Positions 1-9,177 of a DNA stretch of 54,744 nt are shown piece by piece. A program made the position numbers and the translations under genes. Numbering within the stretch: position 1 is the first letter of the stretch; each line of letters begins with the position of its first letter. This DNA is from Anaerovibrio sp. (GTDB lineage: Bacteria > Bacillota > Negativicutes > Selenomonadales > Selenomonadaceae), in NCBI GenBank assembly GCA_051866255.1, contig JBJDWY010000043.1, forward strand, positions 1-54,744. The letters are read 5' to 3'. The notes beneath the pieces are model-generated. The model was not told the origin of the DNA, ran no database searches, and saw only the letters and a list, made by a program, of their open reading frames with translations.

Positions 1-882
1 AGAAATATTCGTCATGCCTGACTTGATAGGATAAATCTCCTTGATATCACCCTTGCTGCATTGAAGCACGCTGACAATATTATCCATAATAGCCGAGTTT
101 AAATTATCCAGATAGCCCTCATCAAAGCTGCGCAGCTCATCAAGGGAATCAAATTCCTTTACCTGAGCCACAGCATATTTCCTGATATAAAGAGGCAATT
201 CCTCAACATGGGCAGCATATACATCCTCCCATAACTGATTGCGCACATCAGGTATCTGTGTATAATCATGCTGCAAAATCTGCCTGAACTTATCCGAAAA
301 ATTCCTGTCAAAATAAACATGCCCCAGCATGTACCAAGCATCCCTGCCGCCAATGTCCACGCCTGTTATCCTGCCATCTGCCGCATATTCCAAACAGTAT
401 TCATTGGTTTCTCCCTCGGCAAAGACAGCTGCATAATAGCTTTGATAAACATATTCTTCAAATACATTATCTACAAAATAATTATCTGATGAGCAAATAT
501 ATGTATTTTTTAATAGTGGCAGCACCAGCATCAAAGTGGAAGTATTGTTGTATCTGTAATAATCGGGATTAACCACAATCTTTATCTTGAACTGTTCCTC
601 AAGATAAAAAAACATTTCCTTCTTGTAGCCAACCACCACTGTAATATCATCAATCCCGGCAGCCTGCAGCTGGCGTATCTGCCGTTCAATCAAAACTTCC
701 CCCCGGACTTCCAGCAGCCCCTTCGGCTTTTCCAAGGAAAGCGGCACAAACCTGCTGCTCATACCGGCAGCCATAATAATAGCGTTGTCAACCTTGTATA
801 GCCGCAGCTGTTCCCTGATACTTTCATCATCTGGAAATTGTTTCCTACGCTCCAGCAAATTATAGAAATTTTCCTCTGTCAT
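1..882 (-). CDS. licC: CTP:phosphocholine cytidylyltransferase, probably fused to choline kinase (LicC-LicA); partial, runs off the left edge
   Basis: Not in the ORF track because there is no stop in the window. Manual translation from ATG 882 gives MTEENFYNLL...NAIIMAAGMSSRFVPLSLEKPKGLLEVRGEVLIERQIRQL...GYKKEMFFYL...NPDYYRYNNTSTL...SSDNYF (LicC motifs), continuing into ...IYPIKSGMTNIS, which resembles the start of a choline-kinase domain. Confidence 0.85.
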   Translation of the reverse strand, partial: MTEENFYNLLERRKQFPDDESIREQLRLYKVDNAIIMAAGMSSRFVPLSLEKPKGLLEVRGEVLIERQIRQLQAAGIDDITVVVGYKKEMFFYLEEQFKIKIVVNPDYYRYNNTSTLMLVLPLLKNTYICSSDNYFVDNVFEEYVYQSYYAAVFAEGETNEYCLEYAADGRITGVDIGGRDAWYMLGHVYFDRNFSDKFRQILQHDYTQIPDVRNQLWEDVYAAHVEELPLYIRKYAVAQVKEFDSLDELRSFDEGYLDNLNSAIMDNIVSVLQCSKGDIKEIYPIKSGMTNIS

Positions 883-913
883 ACATTCACCTAACTACCA
901 TTACACAAAACCA

Positions 914-2722
914 TCATCCACGCAAATATTTATCCCATATTTTCCTGTACCCCGACTCAAGCTCATCCATATAGAGCCTTTCATCCATTACAGGTGAAGC
1001 CTTCATCATATTGCGCAGCCCCAGATGCAAGGCCTCCAAAAGCTCAAAATCTCCTGCCAGCAAAGCTGCTTTTTCTACATATTCCTCAAGACTATAAGCA
1101 CAACAAAAATCCAGTCCTGCATTTTTTAGCAGGCTGATGCCGAAATTACCGCCGTGGCTGCCATCCCCCAATGAAATCACCGGCACCCCCATATACAGAG
1201 CATCACAGGTAGTACCGCCACCGGGATAAGGGAAAGTATCCAATGCCACATCCATCTCGTAATATTCCGTCAGATAGGAACGGCTAAAGCCGCGAAGTTC
1301 CAGACGCGCTTCCTCTATGCCCAGCGACACCAGCTTCTGCCTCACAATTTCCCGGCCTTCTTCATCAGACAGCAGATCTCCCTTCAAAAAAAGACGGCTA
1401 CCCGGCACACACTGCAGGATTTCTGCCCAGACAGACAGCACTGTATCATTCACCTTGCTGAGATTATTAAAGCTGCCAAAGGTCACATAGCCTTTTTTCC
1501 TGCAAGGAGACGGCATCGGCTCAGGCATCTCCTGCAAGGGCTTATAACAGAAATGGGAATGAGGCAGCACCAGCAGCTTTTCCACAAAATACCTGCTGGC
1601 CTGAAGCTGTACAACATCAGCCTGAGCCTCCAAACTTCCAGTATCCTCCTGCATCAGATACTTATCCGTCAAGAAATAATCCACCGTCCTGAGGCCCGTG
1701 GTCGCAAAATAACCAATACCGCAGACCTGCACCGGAGCAGGTTTGTATGCCAGCACTGGCAGGCAGTTATTCTGGGAGTGCCCTGCCAGTTCCACCAAAA
1801 TATCTATTTCCTGCCCGTATATCAGCTTGGCCGCCTGGGCAAAATTCAGATCAGAAATATTAAACCAGGCCGTTGCATGGGATTTTATATAAGCACTGTA
1901 CCTATCCTCAACCGTGGAATAGCTGAAGCAATACACCTCAAACTGCTCCCTGTCATACTGGGTCAGCATGGCCCAGATAAAAAGCAGGACCACATGATGC
2001 CGAAAATCCGGCGAAATATACCCCAGGCGTATTTTCCGATGCCGCTTATGCACAAAGGATTTATGCTTGTATTTTTTTATTCCCTTGAATAAGTTGTTAA
2101 AACCAGTATGAGCCAGGAAATACTCTTCCCTAGGCATAAACAAGTAATGTGTATTAAAAAGATAATTGCTGTATTCCAGAACCTTGCTGGGAAAATGCTT
2201 GACCACATTGCTGCTGCGCAAATAGCAATCAGCTGCCAAGTCAGTCAGGCCGTAAAACTTATAGCACTTGGCAAGCAAATTCAAAACTCTTTCCTGAACA
2301 TCCTCATTCACTTGCCAATAGCTGCTGTCTTTGGCAAAAACAACCTGTCCGCCCTCAGTACCCGCCTGAAAAGAATTTTCCAAAAGAGTCAGGGCTGCAA
2401 AATATCTTCCCTGCATCCAGAAAATCCGTGCCTGCAAAAATCTGCTGTAGGGATTTTCGCCAGCCAATGACAAACGCTCCAAAGCTGACTGCACATGGGC
2501 AAGATCGCCTGTCTCTATAATAATAGCAGCATATATCTGTGCTATTTCTACACGCAAGGATGGCACATCATTATTCCGCCCAAAATCTTCCCTACCTGCA
2601 CAGGCAGTACAGACATGCTCCCACAGTTCCTGGCATATTCCTGCCGCCTGAGCAAACCTGTTTCCCTGCCCCATCAGCATATCAAGCTGCTGTTTTTTTT
2701 GCCAAAATTCACATTCTTTCAT
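914..2722 (-). CDS. GT41 family O-linked glycosyltransferase (OGT/SPINDLY-like) with N-terminal TPR-like region
   Basis: Motifs RLGYISPDFRHHVV, DILVELAGHS, PAPVQV, FGSFNNLSKVN and DVALDTFPYPGGGTTCDALYMGVPVI. Start moved from 2809 to ATG 2722 (GAGG ribosome-binding site, removes the overlap with licD). Confidence 0.88.
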   Translation of the reverse strand: MKECEFWQKKQQLDMLMGQGNRFAQAAGICQELWEHVCTACAGREDFGRNNDVPSLRVEIAQIYAAIIIETGDLAHVQSALERLSLAGENPYSRFLQARIFWMQGRYFAALTLLENSFQAGTEGGQVVFAKDSSYWQVNEDVQERVLNLLAKCYKFYGLTDLAADCYLRSSNVVKHFPSKVLEYSNYLFNTHYLFMPREEYFLAHTGFNNLFKGIKKYKHKSFVHKRHRKIRLGYISPDFRHHVVLLFIWAMLTQYDREQFEVYCFSYSTVEDRYSAYIKSHATAWFNISDLNFAQAAKLIYGQEIDILVELAGHSQNNCLPVLAYKPAPVQVCGIGYFATTGLRTVDYFLTDKYLMQEDTGSLEAQADVVQLQASRYFVEKLLVLPHSHFCYKPLQEMPEPMPSPCRKKGYVTFGSFNNLSKVNDTVLSVWAEILQCVPGSRLFLKGDLLSDEEGREIVRQKLVSLGIEEARLELRGFSRSYLTEYYEMDVALDTFPYPGGGTTCDALYMGVPVISLGDGSHGGNFGISLLKNAGLDFCCAYSLEEYVEKAALLAGDFELLEALHLGLRNMMKASPVMDERLYMDELESGYRKIWDKYLRG

Positions 2723-2768
2723 AACCTCATCCTTTACCCGGACTGCCCGGCAAAACTTCCGCTCATGC

Positions 2769-3674
2769 CTATCCCTTATTTTTCGCCACATCTGCCCGAT
2801 GAGCAGCAATCAATTCCTTATAAGGCACATCTGCACTAAACACAGTCCCATTGTGGTCACTGGCAAATTTTACAAATTTATGCCAGTCACCATATTCACT
2901 GTCCAAAATCTCCTGCCAGCATGCCGGAGCCGGAACCTCTATAGTTTCAAAGGGCAGCATCACTACATCACGATACCAGGCTTTAGGCCTTGCAGCCTCC
3001 CTGCCATTCAGCATAAGTGTAAAAAAACCAGCCTGATCCGAATCTGCAAAATGACGCTGCAAAAACTTTTCCAGCTCCCTCCACTGCCAGCTAAAAGGCA
3101 TCCGGCAAAGCTTTTTCAAAACCTGGACATTAATTCTTGTAGTCAGCCTGCCGTCAAGCTCGCTCAAAAACTTATCTGGTGCCATCACCGCATACATAAG
3201 TTCAAGATAGCACTGCTGCAAATCCTCGCCATTAGCAGCCCCTCCAGGAGCCGCATCCAACGGCCAGATATCCAAAAAAATTCCCTGGCAGTGACCATCT
3301 GTAGAAAAATCCTGCACACCGCTGGTATTCTTGTTCATCAGCTTGCCAATCATCGTAGCAATATTATCCGTATAGGCAGTCTGAAAGAAAAAGGGCTCCC
3401 CAAGGCCTTCCCTGGCAATCACCAGCTTGAGCCTCTCATAATCAGGGCGCATCATCACCACATCAATATCATCATCCCAGGGAATAAACCCCCTGTGACG
3501 AACCGCCCCCAGCAAAGTGCCATAATCCACAAAATAACGCAAGCCGTGCCTGCGGCAAATTCTGTCCAGCTCTGCCAGCAATTCCATTTCCACCTGCCAG
3601 ATCTTCTTCCTGTCCGTTGTAACCAGAAATCCATCCCGCATTTCGTCCCTGTATATATCCTTTATGTATTCCAT
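2769..3674 (-). CDS. licD: LicD family phosphotransferase
   Basis: YGTLLGAVRHRGFIPWDDDIDVVMMRPDY, GIFLDIWPLD and C-terminal FE..EVPAP...L..EYGDW. Confidence 0.9.
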   Translation of the reverse strand: MEYIKDIYRDEMRDGFLVTTDRKKIWQVEMELLAELDRICRRHGLRYFVDYGTLLGAVRHRGFIPWDDDIDVVMMRPDYERLKLVIAREGLGEPFFFQTAYTDNIATMIGKLMNKNTSGVQDFSTDGHCQGIFLDIWPLDAAPGGAANGEDLQQCYLELMYAVMAPDKFLSELDGRLTTRINVQVLKKLCRMPFSWQWRELEKFLQRHFADSDQAGFFTLMLNGREAARPKAWYRDVVMLPFETIEVPAPACWQEILDSEYGDWHKFVKFASDHNGTVFSADVPYKELIAAHRADVAKNKG

Positions 3675-4894
3675 ACACTATCCCCTTCAGCTATTCTTCT
3701 GCCTTCCAGCAAATTGTCAATAGCCATCTTCACCATCCGATAGCTGATAGACCTGCTGCACTCAAACTCACGCTCCGTACCGGCATGATATGGACAGCCA
3801 TCCTTCCACTCCACGTGCATATCATTGTAGCAGCCGTGGCATACATTCTGATTTGTCACCCTGTAGGGCGTGTCAAACTCCCCCAAGGGCAGGGAAAAAC
3901 CGCTGATGAGAATAACAGGCACATCACAGGCATGAGCCAGCCAGGAAAGGCCACTGCCCAGGCCTATAAAAAAATCTGCATAAGCTAAAAGATTAATCCT
4001 CTCCATCAATGGCCGCATACCGGTAAAATCCTCCGCTCCGGCAGGCTTCTCAATCAGCCTGCCGCCGGAAATTACCTTCGCCGCCCCGTCAATGCACAAA
4101 ACCCGGTAGCCCAGTTTCTTGAGATATGCCACAACCCTGCCCCAGCCGCCATCTTTGTGCCAGCATTTCATCACCCCTGATGCCTGCACAGCTATGCATA
4201 CATACTTCTCCTTGATTTCCCGGGGTCTGGTAGGATAATAAATAACCTTGGCAGCATTGGCATGGAGGCCGAGGATGCTGCGGGCAGCCATATCCGGGGT
4301 TATCATGCGGCTGTCCTTGGCGATCAGATAGGGTGCCATCTGAAAAACCGCCAGGCAATAAGCCGCATAGGAACTGTCAGGTATCTTTTCCACCAGCCTT
4401 ATGTCAGGAAAATACTCCTCCAGCAGGGCACGAAAGCCAGCATTAGGCGGAAACAGGCATATCCTGCATTTGTGCTGCTGCTGCATCAACCGCAGATAAG
4501 GAAAAAGCGATATAGAATCCCCCAGTGCACCACCAGCCATAAAAATAAACACATCCTGCCCTGCCAAATCCAGCACATGCTCAAAGACCTGCTCCCCATC
4601 ATGCCAGACCTCCACCTGCCAGCGGATAAAATATTTCTCGGCTGCCACCAGGACACAATCCTCTGCATCATCGTCAAAAGCCACAATGCCGCTGTCATAG
4701 TCCGAAATCCTTACATGCCAGTTGCCCTGAGGCACCTGCACCCGCGCCCCGGAATTGAAATCTATTTTCAGCCCCTCATATTCTGTCTCCAGCTTCACAT
4801 CCCCTGCTGCCTGCTCAAAGGACAACAGCCTGCCCAGCTGCGCCTGCTGCAGCTCATCCCGGCTGATCGTATAATAAAAAATATGCTTCTGCAT
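3662..4894 (-). CDS. TibC/Aah-like (autotransporter-type) protein O-heptosyltransferase
   Basis: N-terminal DFNSGARVQVPQGNWHVRISD, ALGDSI, FFIGLGSGLSWLA, VILISGFS and a C-terminal four-Cys cluster CHGC...CP...ECSRSI. Confidence 0.85.
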   Translation of the reverse strand: MQKHIFYYTISRDELQQAQLGRLLSFEQAAGDVKLETEYEGLKIDFNSGARVQVPQGNWHVRISDYDSGIVAFDDDAEDCVLVAAEKYFIRWQVEVWHDGEQVFEHVLDLAGQDVFIFMAGGALGDSISLFPYLRLMQQQHKCRICLFPPNAGFRALLEEYFPDIRLVEKIPDSSYAAYCLAVFQMAPYLIAKDSRMITPDMAARSILGLHANAAKVIYYPTRPREIKEKYVCIAVQASGVMKCWHKDGGWGRVVAYLKKLGYRVLCIDGAAKVISGGRLIEKPAGAEDFTGMRPLMERINLLAYADFFIGLGSGLSWLAHACDVPVILISGFSLPLGEFDTPYRVTNQNVCHGCYNDMHVEWKDGCPYHAGTEREFECSRSISYRMVKMAIDNLLEGRRIAEGDSVWNT

Positions 4895-4897
4895 TGC

Positions 4898-6106
4898 TCA
4901 TACCTCAATGTCGTACAACACATTTACTGCCTCCAGAATACGCTCTGCCCGATGCTGCCATCTGTGCCGCCTGTCCGCCTTGCCATAGGCACTGACAGCT
5001 GCTGCCAGCCGCTTGCTCTCATCTGCCAGCAGCTCATGGATTACTTGAACCTGCTTTTCGCCCTCCTGCCAGTCAAATAAAAACAAATCCCTGCCATCCT
5101 CAAATTCATCTGCCAGATACCGGCTGAACTCGCTGACTACCACCGCACCATTCAGCATGCCTGTAAACACCCTGTCATGGGCGCCATGATTGAACTCTGC
5201 CTGGTCTTGAAAAATGATTTTTGCCTGGGATGCCACATGCAGGGATTCCTCATAAGAAATCGGCCCATGCAGCTTCAGCTTGTCTGCAAAAGCAACTTTT
5301 TCCCAGCCACCGCCAAAAACATCTACAGGTATATCATTTCGCACCAAAAGCTCTACTGCCTTGATTCTGCGATAGGATTTTATGTACAGCAGCAAATCCC
5401 AGCAGTAGGGCAGCATCTTGCGCAGATAATCCTCCCCCAGCATCCCCCTGGCGTTCAGCACCAGCTTCAAGGCCGGCCATACGTTGTCTGCATTGCTTTC
5501 CAAATAATCAGCCGCATCATCCAGGATATTGGCAATATGCCTGTTCGTGCCATTTTCATGCCACTGTCTGGCAAGATTCTCCTCTCCCCAATTCATGCCC
5601 CAGGTGCCTGCACTGACTACTACATCATATGGTTTTTCCGCTACATCAAAAATCCCCTTGCCATCCTTATATTCCATGCCTGCCAATGGCAAAAAAATCG
5701 CGTTGCCCGCCTTATCCGGATAGGCATACTGCATATACTCCAGAGCCGAGTAATCCAGCAGGGTAACGATATGCCTGGCACATGGCTTCTCCATTCCGGT
5801 CGCACATTTATTATACGGCAAATCCAGCATAACTGACACATGGGGAACATCATATTTCTCATATAAATTCACTTCCCCTACCCCCTCTATATCCCAGGTC
5901 ATGCCGCATCCATTCAGCCCTATGCCAAATGCCACCTGTCCTGCAGCAAACAATTCAAAACAGGCATTAATACTATCCCAGTCATCGCAATCACAAAAAG
6001 CAACTTTCTTGCCAAGTTCCCTAAAGCCATCAGCCAGTCCCAGGCTGATGGGACGCAAGCTGGTATGATAGCCTGACCGCCCGAAAACAACTATTACCTT
6101 ATCCAT
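4898..6106 (-). CDS. GT-B glycosyltransferase (Glyco_trans_1_2 / CgeB-YkvP-like)
   Basis: VDVFGGGW, HGAHDRVFTGMLNGAVVVS and HRWQHRAERIL. Start estimated at ATG 6106; the ORF extends to 6130. Confidence 0.75.
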   Translation of the reverse strand: MDKVIVVFGRSGYHTSLRPISLGLADGFRELGKKVAFCDCDDWDSINACFELFAAGQVAFGIGLNGCGMTWDIEGVGEVNLYEKYDVPHVSVMLDLPYNKCATGMEKPCARHIVTLLDYSALEYMQYAYPDKAGNAIFLPLAGMEYKDGKGIFDVAEKPYDVVVSAGTWGMNWGEENLARQWHENGTNRHIANILDDAADYLESNADNVWPALKLVLNARGMLGEDYLRKMLPYCWDLLLYIKSYRRIKAVELLVRNDIPVDVFGGGWEKVAFADKLKLHGPISYEESLHVASQAKIIFQDQAEFNHGAHDRVFTGMLNGAVVVSEFSRYLADEFEDGRDLFLFDWQEGEKQVQVIHELLADESKRLAAAVSAYGKADRRHRWQHRAERILEAVNVLYDIEV

Positions 6107-6126
6107 ACCATACCCCCGAACAAAAA

Positions 6127-7011
6127 TCACTTTTCATAAGCCGCCAGAAAATCTCTATACGGGATATCTGCACTTAACATAATCCCCTCGTGATCTGAGC
6201 CCCCGCGTACTCTTTTCATATAATCGCCATAGCGGCATTGCAATACGCTATGATAATCCCCCGGCACAGGTATATTTATCCCCTCAAAGGACAAATATGC
6301 CACTTCCTCATAGTATTTACGCAGCACCTGCGTATTTCTCCCCAGGAAGCTATCTGTAATAAAATCCAGCTGTGCCGCTTCCTCAAAATGATTCAGGCAA
6401 AACTTCTCAAACTCCGCAAATCGTTCCACACGGGACAGTTTCAGCAATCTTGCCAGCAAACTTCCGGGCAAACACAATTCAGCCCCGGATTGCAAGTCCT
6501 GCCACAGATTGTCCGCATCCATGATAGTGCGCCACAGTTCCAGCTTAATCCTGAACAGCTTGTCCTGCCTGGCTGTCCCATCAGAGACACCATCCAGAGG
6601 AAAGATATCTATAAAAATCCCCTGATTGATCCCTGCATTATCAGGAAACTCTATTGCCGATGTCAGGCTGTGGCGCAGCTTGGCAAAGGCAGAAATAAAG
6701 CCATCCATATATGTAGTTTGCAGAAACAATGGTGCCTTTATTTCCTCCGAGGCTATTTGCCTGAACCTTTCATAATCAGGCCGCAGCATAACTACATCAA
6801 TATCATCATCCCAAGGAATGAAACCTCCATGACGCACCGCCCCCAGCAAGGTGCCATAATCAGCAAAATATGTAATGCCGTGCTTGCGGCATATCCTGTC
6901 CAGCTCCTGCAAAAGTTCCAGCTCCACCTGCCATACTTTTTTGCGGCTGGCAGTAACCAGAAAATTGTCCCTAATTTCATCCTGATATACATTCCTGATT
7001 TTCCAGTCCAT
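6127..7011 (-). CDS. licD: LicD family phosphotransferase (paralogue)
   Basis: YGTLLGAVRHGGFIPWDDDIDVVMLRPDY, GIFIDIFPLD and LQCRYGDYM. Confidence 0.9.
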   Translation of the reverse strand: MDWKIRNVYQDEIRDNFLVTASRKKVWQVELELLQELDRICRKHGITYFADYGTLLGAVRHGGFIPWDDDIDVVMLRPDYERFRQIASEEIKAPLFLQTTYMDGFISAFAKLRHSLTSAIEFPDNAGINQGIFIDIFPLDGVSDGTARQDKLFRIKLELWRTIMDADNLWQDLQSGAELCLPGSLLARLLKLSRVERFAEFEKFCLNHFEEAAQLDFITDSFLGRNTQVLRKYYEEVAYLSFEGINIPVPGDYHSVLQCRYGDYMKRVRGGSDHEGIMLSADIPYRDFLAAYEK

Positions 7012-7037
7012 ATAAACCTGCTTTCCTCAATGACATC

Positions 7038-9149
7038 TTAAAACCAATTCGCCCGTTCTTTGCGCATCTCAGGCCAGTATCTGCCCTGATTATTAAAAGA
7101 AGCTGTATACTCCCGCGCTATGTCCATGAAATAATGCAAAACATCCAGGTCAAAATTCTGCTGCCACTTTTTGCCCCGCTCCAGAACCAGCATTGATGAG
7201 CCGGTAAGATCTACAGTACCATCCTCATCCACCTTTTCCGCCGATTCCAGCTGAAACTCATACTTGTCAGTACGAATACACAGCTTGTAATTCTGCCCTG
7301 GAAATATAGAGTTGCTAATGACATACTCCCTTCGCTGCCCCCCCAGAGCCTGTGGCAGGTTGCCATCCAGCCTGTGGGCAGGAGCAAAGCCATGACAATG
7401 GGCCATAACCTGATAAATATCCAGCGAGCTGGTCAGTTCCTCCGTAAAACCAAGAGCCGGAATACCGCCCCCCCTGACCATATACGCACTATTTGTCTGA
7501 TAATCCCCCATAAGTCTCGGAAAACTATCATATACCGAGCTGCCATGATCAGAATACAGCTGCACCACATATTCATCCTCGCTGTAATGTGACTGCAAAT
7601 AATCATACAGGATGCCCAGGCTGCGATCCGTGTTGCGAATCCCCTGCATATTGGCATCGGCATACAGAGGACAATAACTCAAGTACACGCTGGCAACCTT
7701 TTGATCAGCTCCCAAAAGCCTGTCTGTCAAAGATAGGCGCGTCTGGCTTGCCAGCGGCATCTGAATAGCTGAAACCGGCCAGGGATGAACATCCATGAGA
7801 TGCATAAATAAAAACTGGTCACACTCGCCAAAAGCTTCCATCTGCTGTATTGCCCGCTCCACGCCTTCATAAGCCCTCAGCGCATAGGAATTGAGCACAA
7901 GGCGATCATATCCCCGGGCAGTTCCGCTATACAATATATCACCGCCCCCCATGATATTCACGCAGTAATACCCCAGGTCACGCATCTGCTCTGACACAGT
8001 CTTGATATGCTTATCCAAAGGCACGTTGACATGTGCCGAAAAAAGCTGGGAATGATGTGGGTACAGGCCGGTTTCAATGGCAGGCAGGGACGGATAAGTG
8101 TACTCTCCCACAGAATAGTGCTGATTGAAGATTATGCCCTTAGAAAAAAACTTGATTGTTTCCGGCATCAAAGCATAGTTCCGTTCCTTCACCGCATGCC
8201 AGCTGAGGGCATCCACCAAAATATTCAGCACTACTTTTTTCCTTTTTGGGCTATGCCCCAAAGGAATAGGCCTGCCCACCACAAAAGCCTGTGATGACTT
8301 CATCACCACAGGTTCTGCAATTCTATAATAGCCTGTCTCATAACGTCCCAGCATGGTGGTAAAATTCTTCTCACCTGCTGTAATCTTCAATTCCTGGCTG
8401 TCGGCATTGCCGCCTACAGGCAGTATATATTTCCTGCCATCAGGTACAAGCTCAAACTCCTTGCAGGCCTTGGCACGCATAATGTCAAACACGAAATCAG
8501 CACCGTAGCTATTCATAAAGGCAGGATTTTCCGCTTCCCTTGCCAATAGCTGCCCCTTGGCATTGAGAATTTCCTGATTAACATACGCACCTACCCAGTA
8601 GCCATATCCCTCGGCATCATCGCTTTCAGGCACAAACTCACCTGCCAGGGACACTTCCTTCTGTTCCAGGCAGCCATTTTTCATTTCTGCCCGGTGCAGC
8701 AAAAACGGGGCAAAGTTCCCCAGGCTCTTTGCCATCGTCAGTGCCGCCAGTATCTGTGCATCATGGATGCCATCCAGCCTCAGCTCCATGCCTATGCCAT
8801 AAAGATTGTTGGCATAGCTCAGAAACCTGCACCGCTCCACCAAATCGCCCAGCTTCTCATAGCACTGTGCCAGCAGCTGCCAGATAACAAGATTGATTTT
8901 TCTTTTCTTGTAAGCTTTCAGGGCAAAATCCAGCGCAGCCTGATAATCACCATACGCAAAAGCAAATTTTGCCGCAAAAATATCCACATGTTCCGAATCA
9001 GGATAAAGCTGCCTGTACTGCTCCAGCAAAGCCAAAAACTCATCATCAAAGGCAGCACCGTCCAGCTTTTCCCGCAGCTTTTGAAAGATTGCTAGTCCTT
9101 CCGCCCCCTCAGAGGGCCACAAAGCCACATCGATTTTTTTTTCACCCAT
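7038..9149 (-). CDS. TPR plus alkaline-phosphatase-superfamily (sulfatase-like) hydrolase/transferase
   Basis: N-terminal TPR-like helices, then VLNILVDAL, EYTYPSLPAIETG, HLMDVH, YSDHG and SSLDIY. Confidence 0.75.
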   Translation of the reverse strand: MGEKKIDVALWPSEGAEGLAIFQKLREKLDGAAFDDEFLALLEQYRQLYPDSEHVDIFAAKFAFAYGDYQAALDFALKAYKKRKINLVIWQLLAQCYEKLGDLVERCRFLSYANNLYGIGMELRLDGIHDAQILAALTMAKSLGNFAPFLLHRAEMKNGCLEQKEVSLAGEFVPESDDAEGYGYWVGAYVNQEILNAKGQLLAREAENPAFMNSYGADFVFDIMRAKACKEFELVPDGRKYILPVGGNADSQELKITAGEKNFTTMLGRYETGYYRIAEPVVMKSSQAFVVGRPIPLGHSPKRKKVVLNILVDALSWHAVKERNYALMPETIKFFSKGIIFNQHYSVGEYTYPSLPAIETGLYPHHSQLFSAHVNVPLDKHIKTVSEQMRDLGYYCVNIMGGGDILYSGTARGYDRLVLNSYALRAYEGVERAIQQMEAFGECDQFLFMHLMDVHPWPVSAIQMPLASQTRLSLTDRLLGADQKVASVYLSYCPLYADANMQGIRNTDRSLGILYDYLQSHYSEDEYVVQLYSDHGSSVYDSFPRLMGDYQTNSAYMVRGGGIPALGFTEELTSSLDIYQVMAHCHGFAPAHRLDGNLPQALGGQRREYVISNSIFPGQNYKLCIRTDKYEFQLESAEKVDEDGTVDLTGSSMLVLERGKKWQQNFDLDVLHYFMDIAREYTASFNNQGRYWPEMRKERANWF

Positions 9150-9177
9150 AATGTCCTACCATTGCACAAAACAGCAC

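Noticed and set aside
159-489. Short ORFs 159-353 (-) and 268-489 (+)
   Set aside because: Alternative frames inside the licC(-licA) gene.
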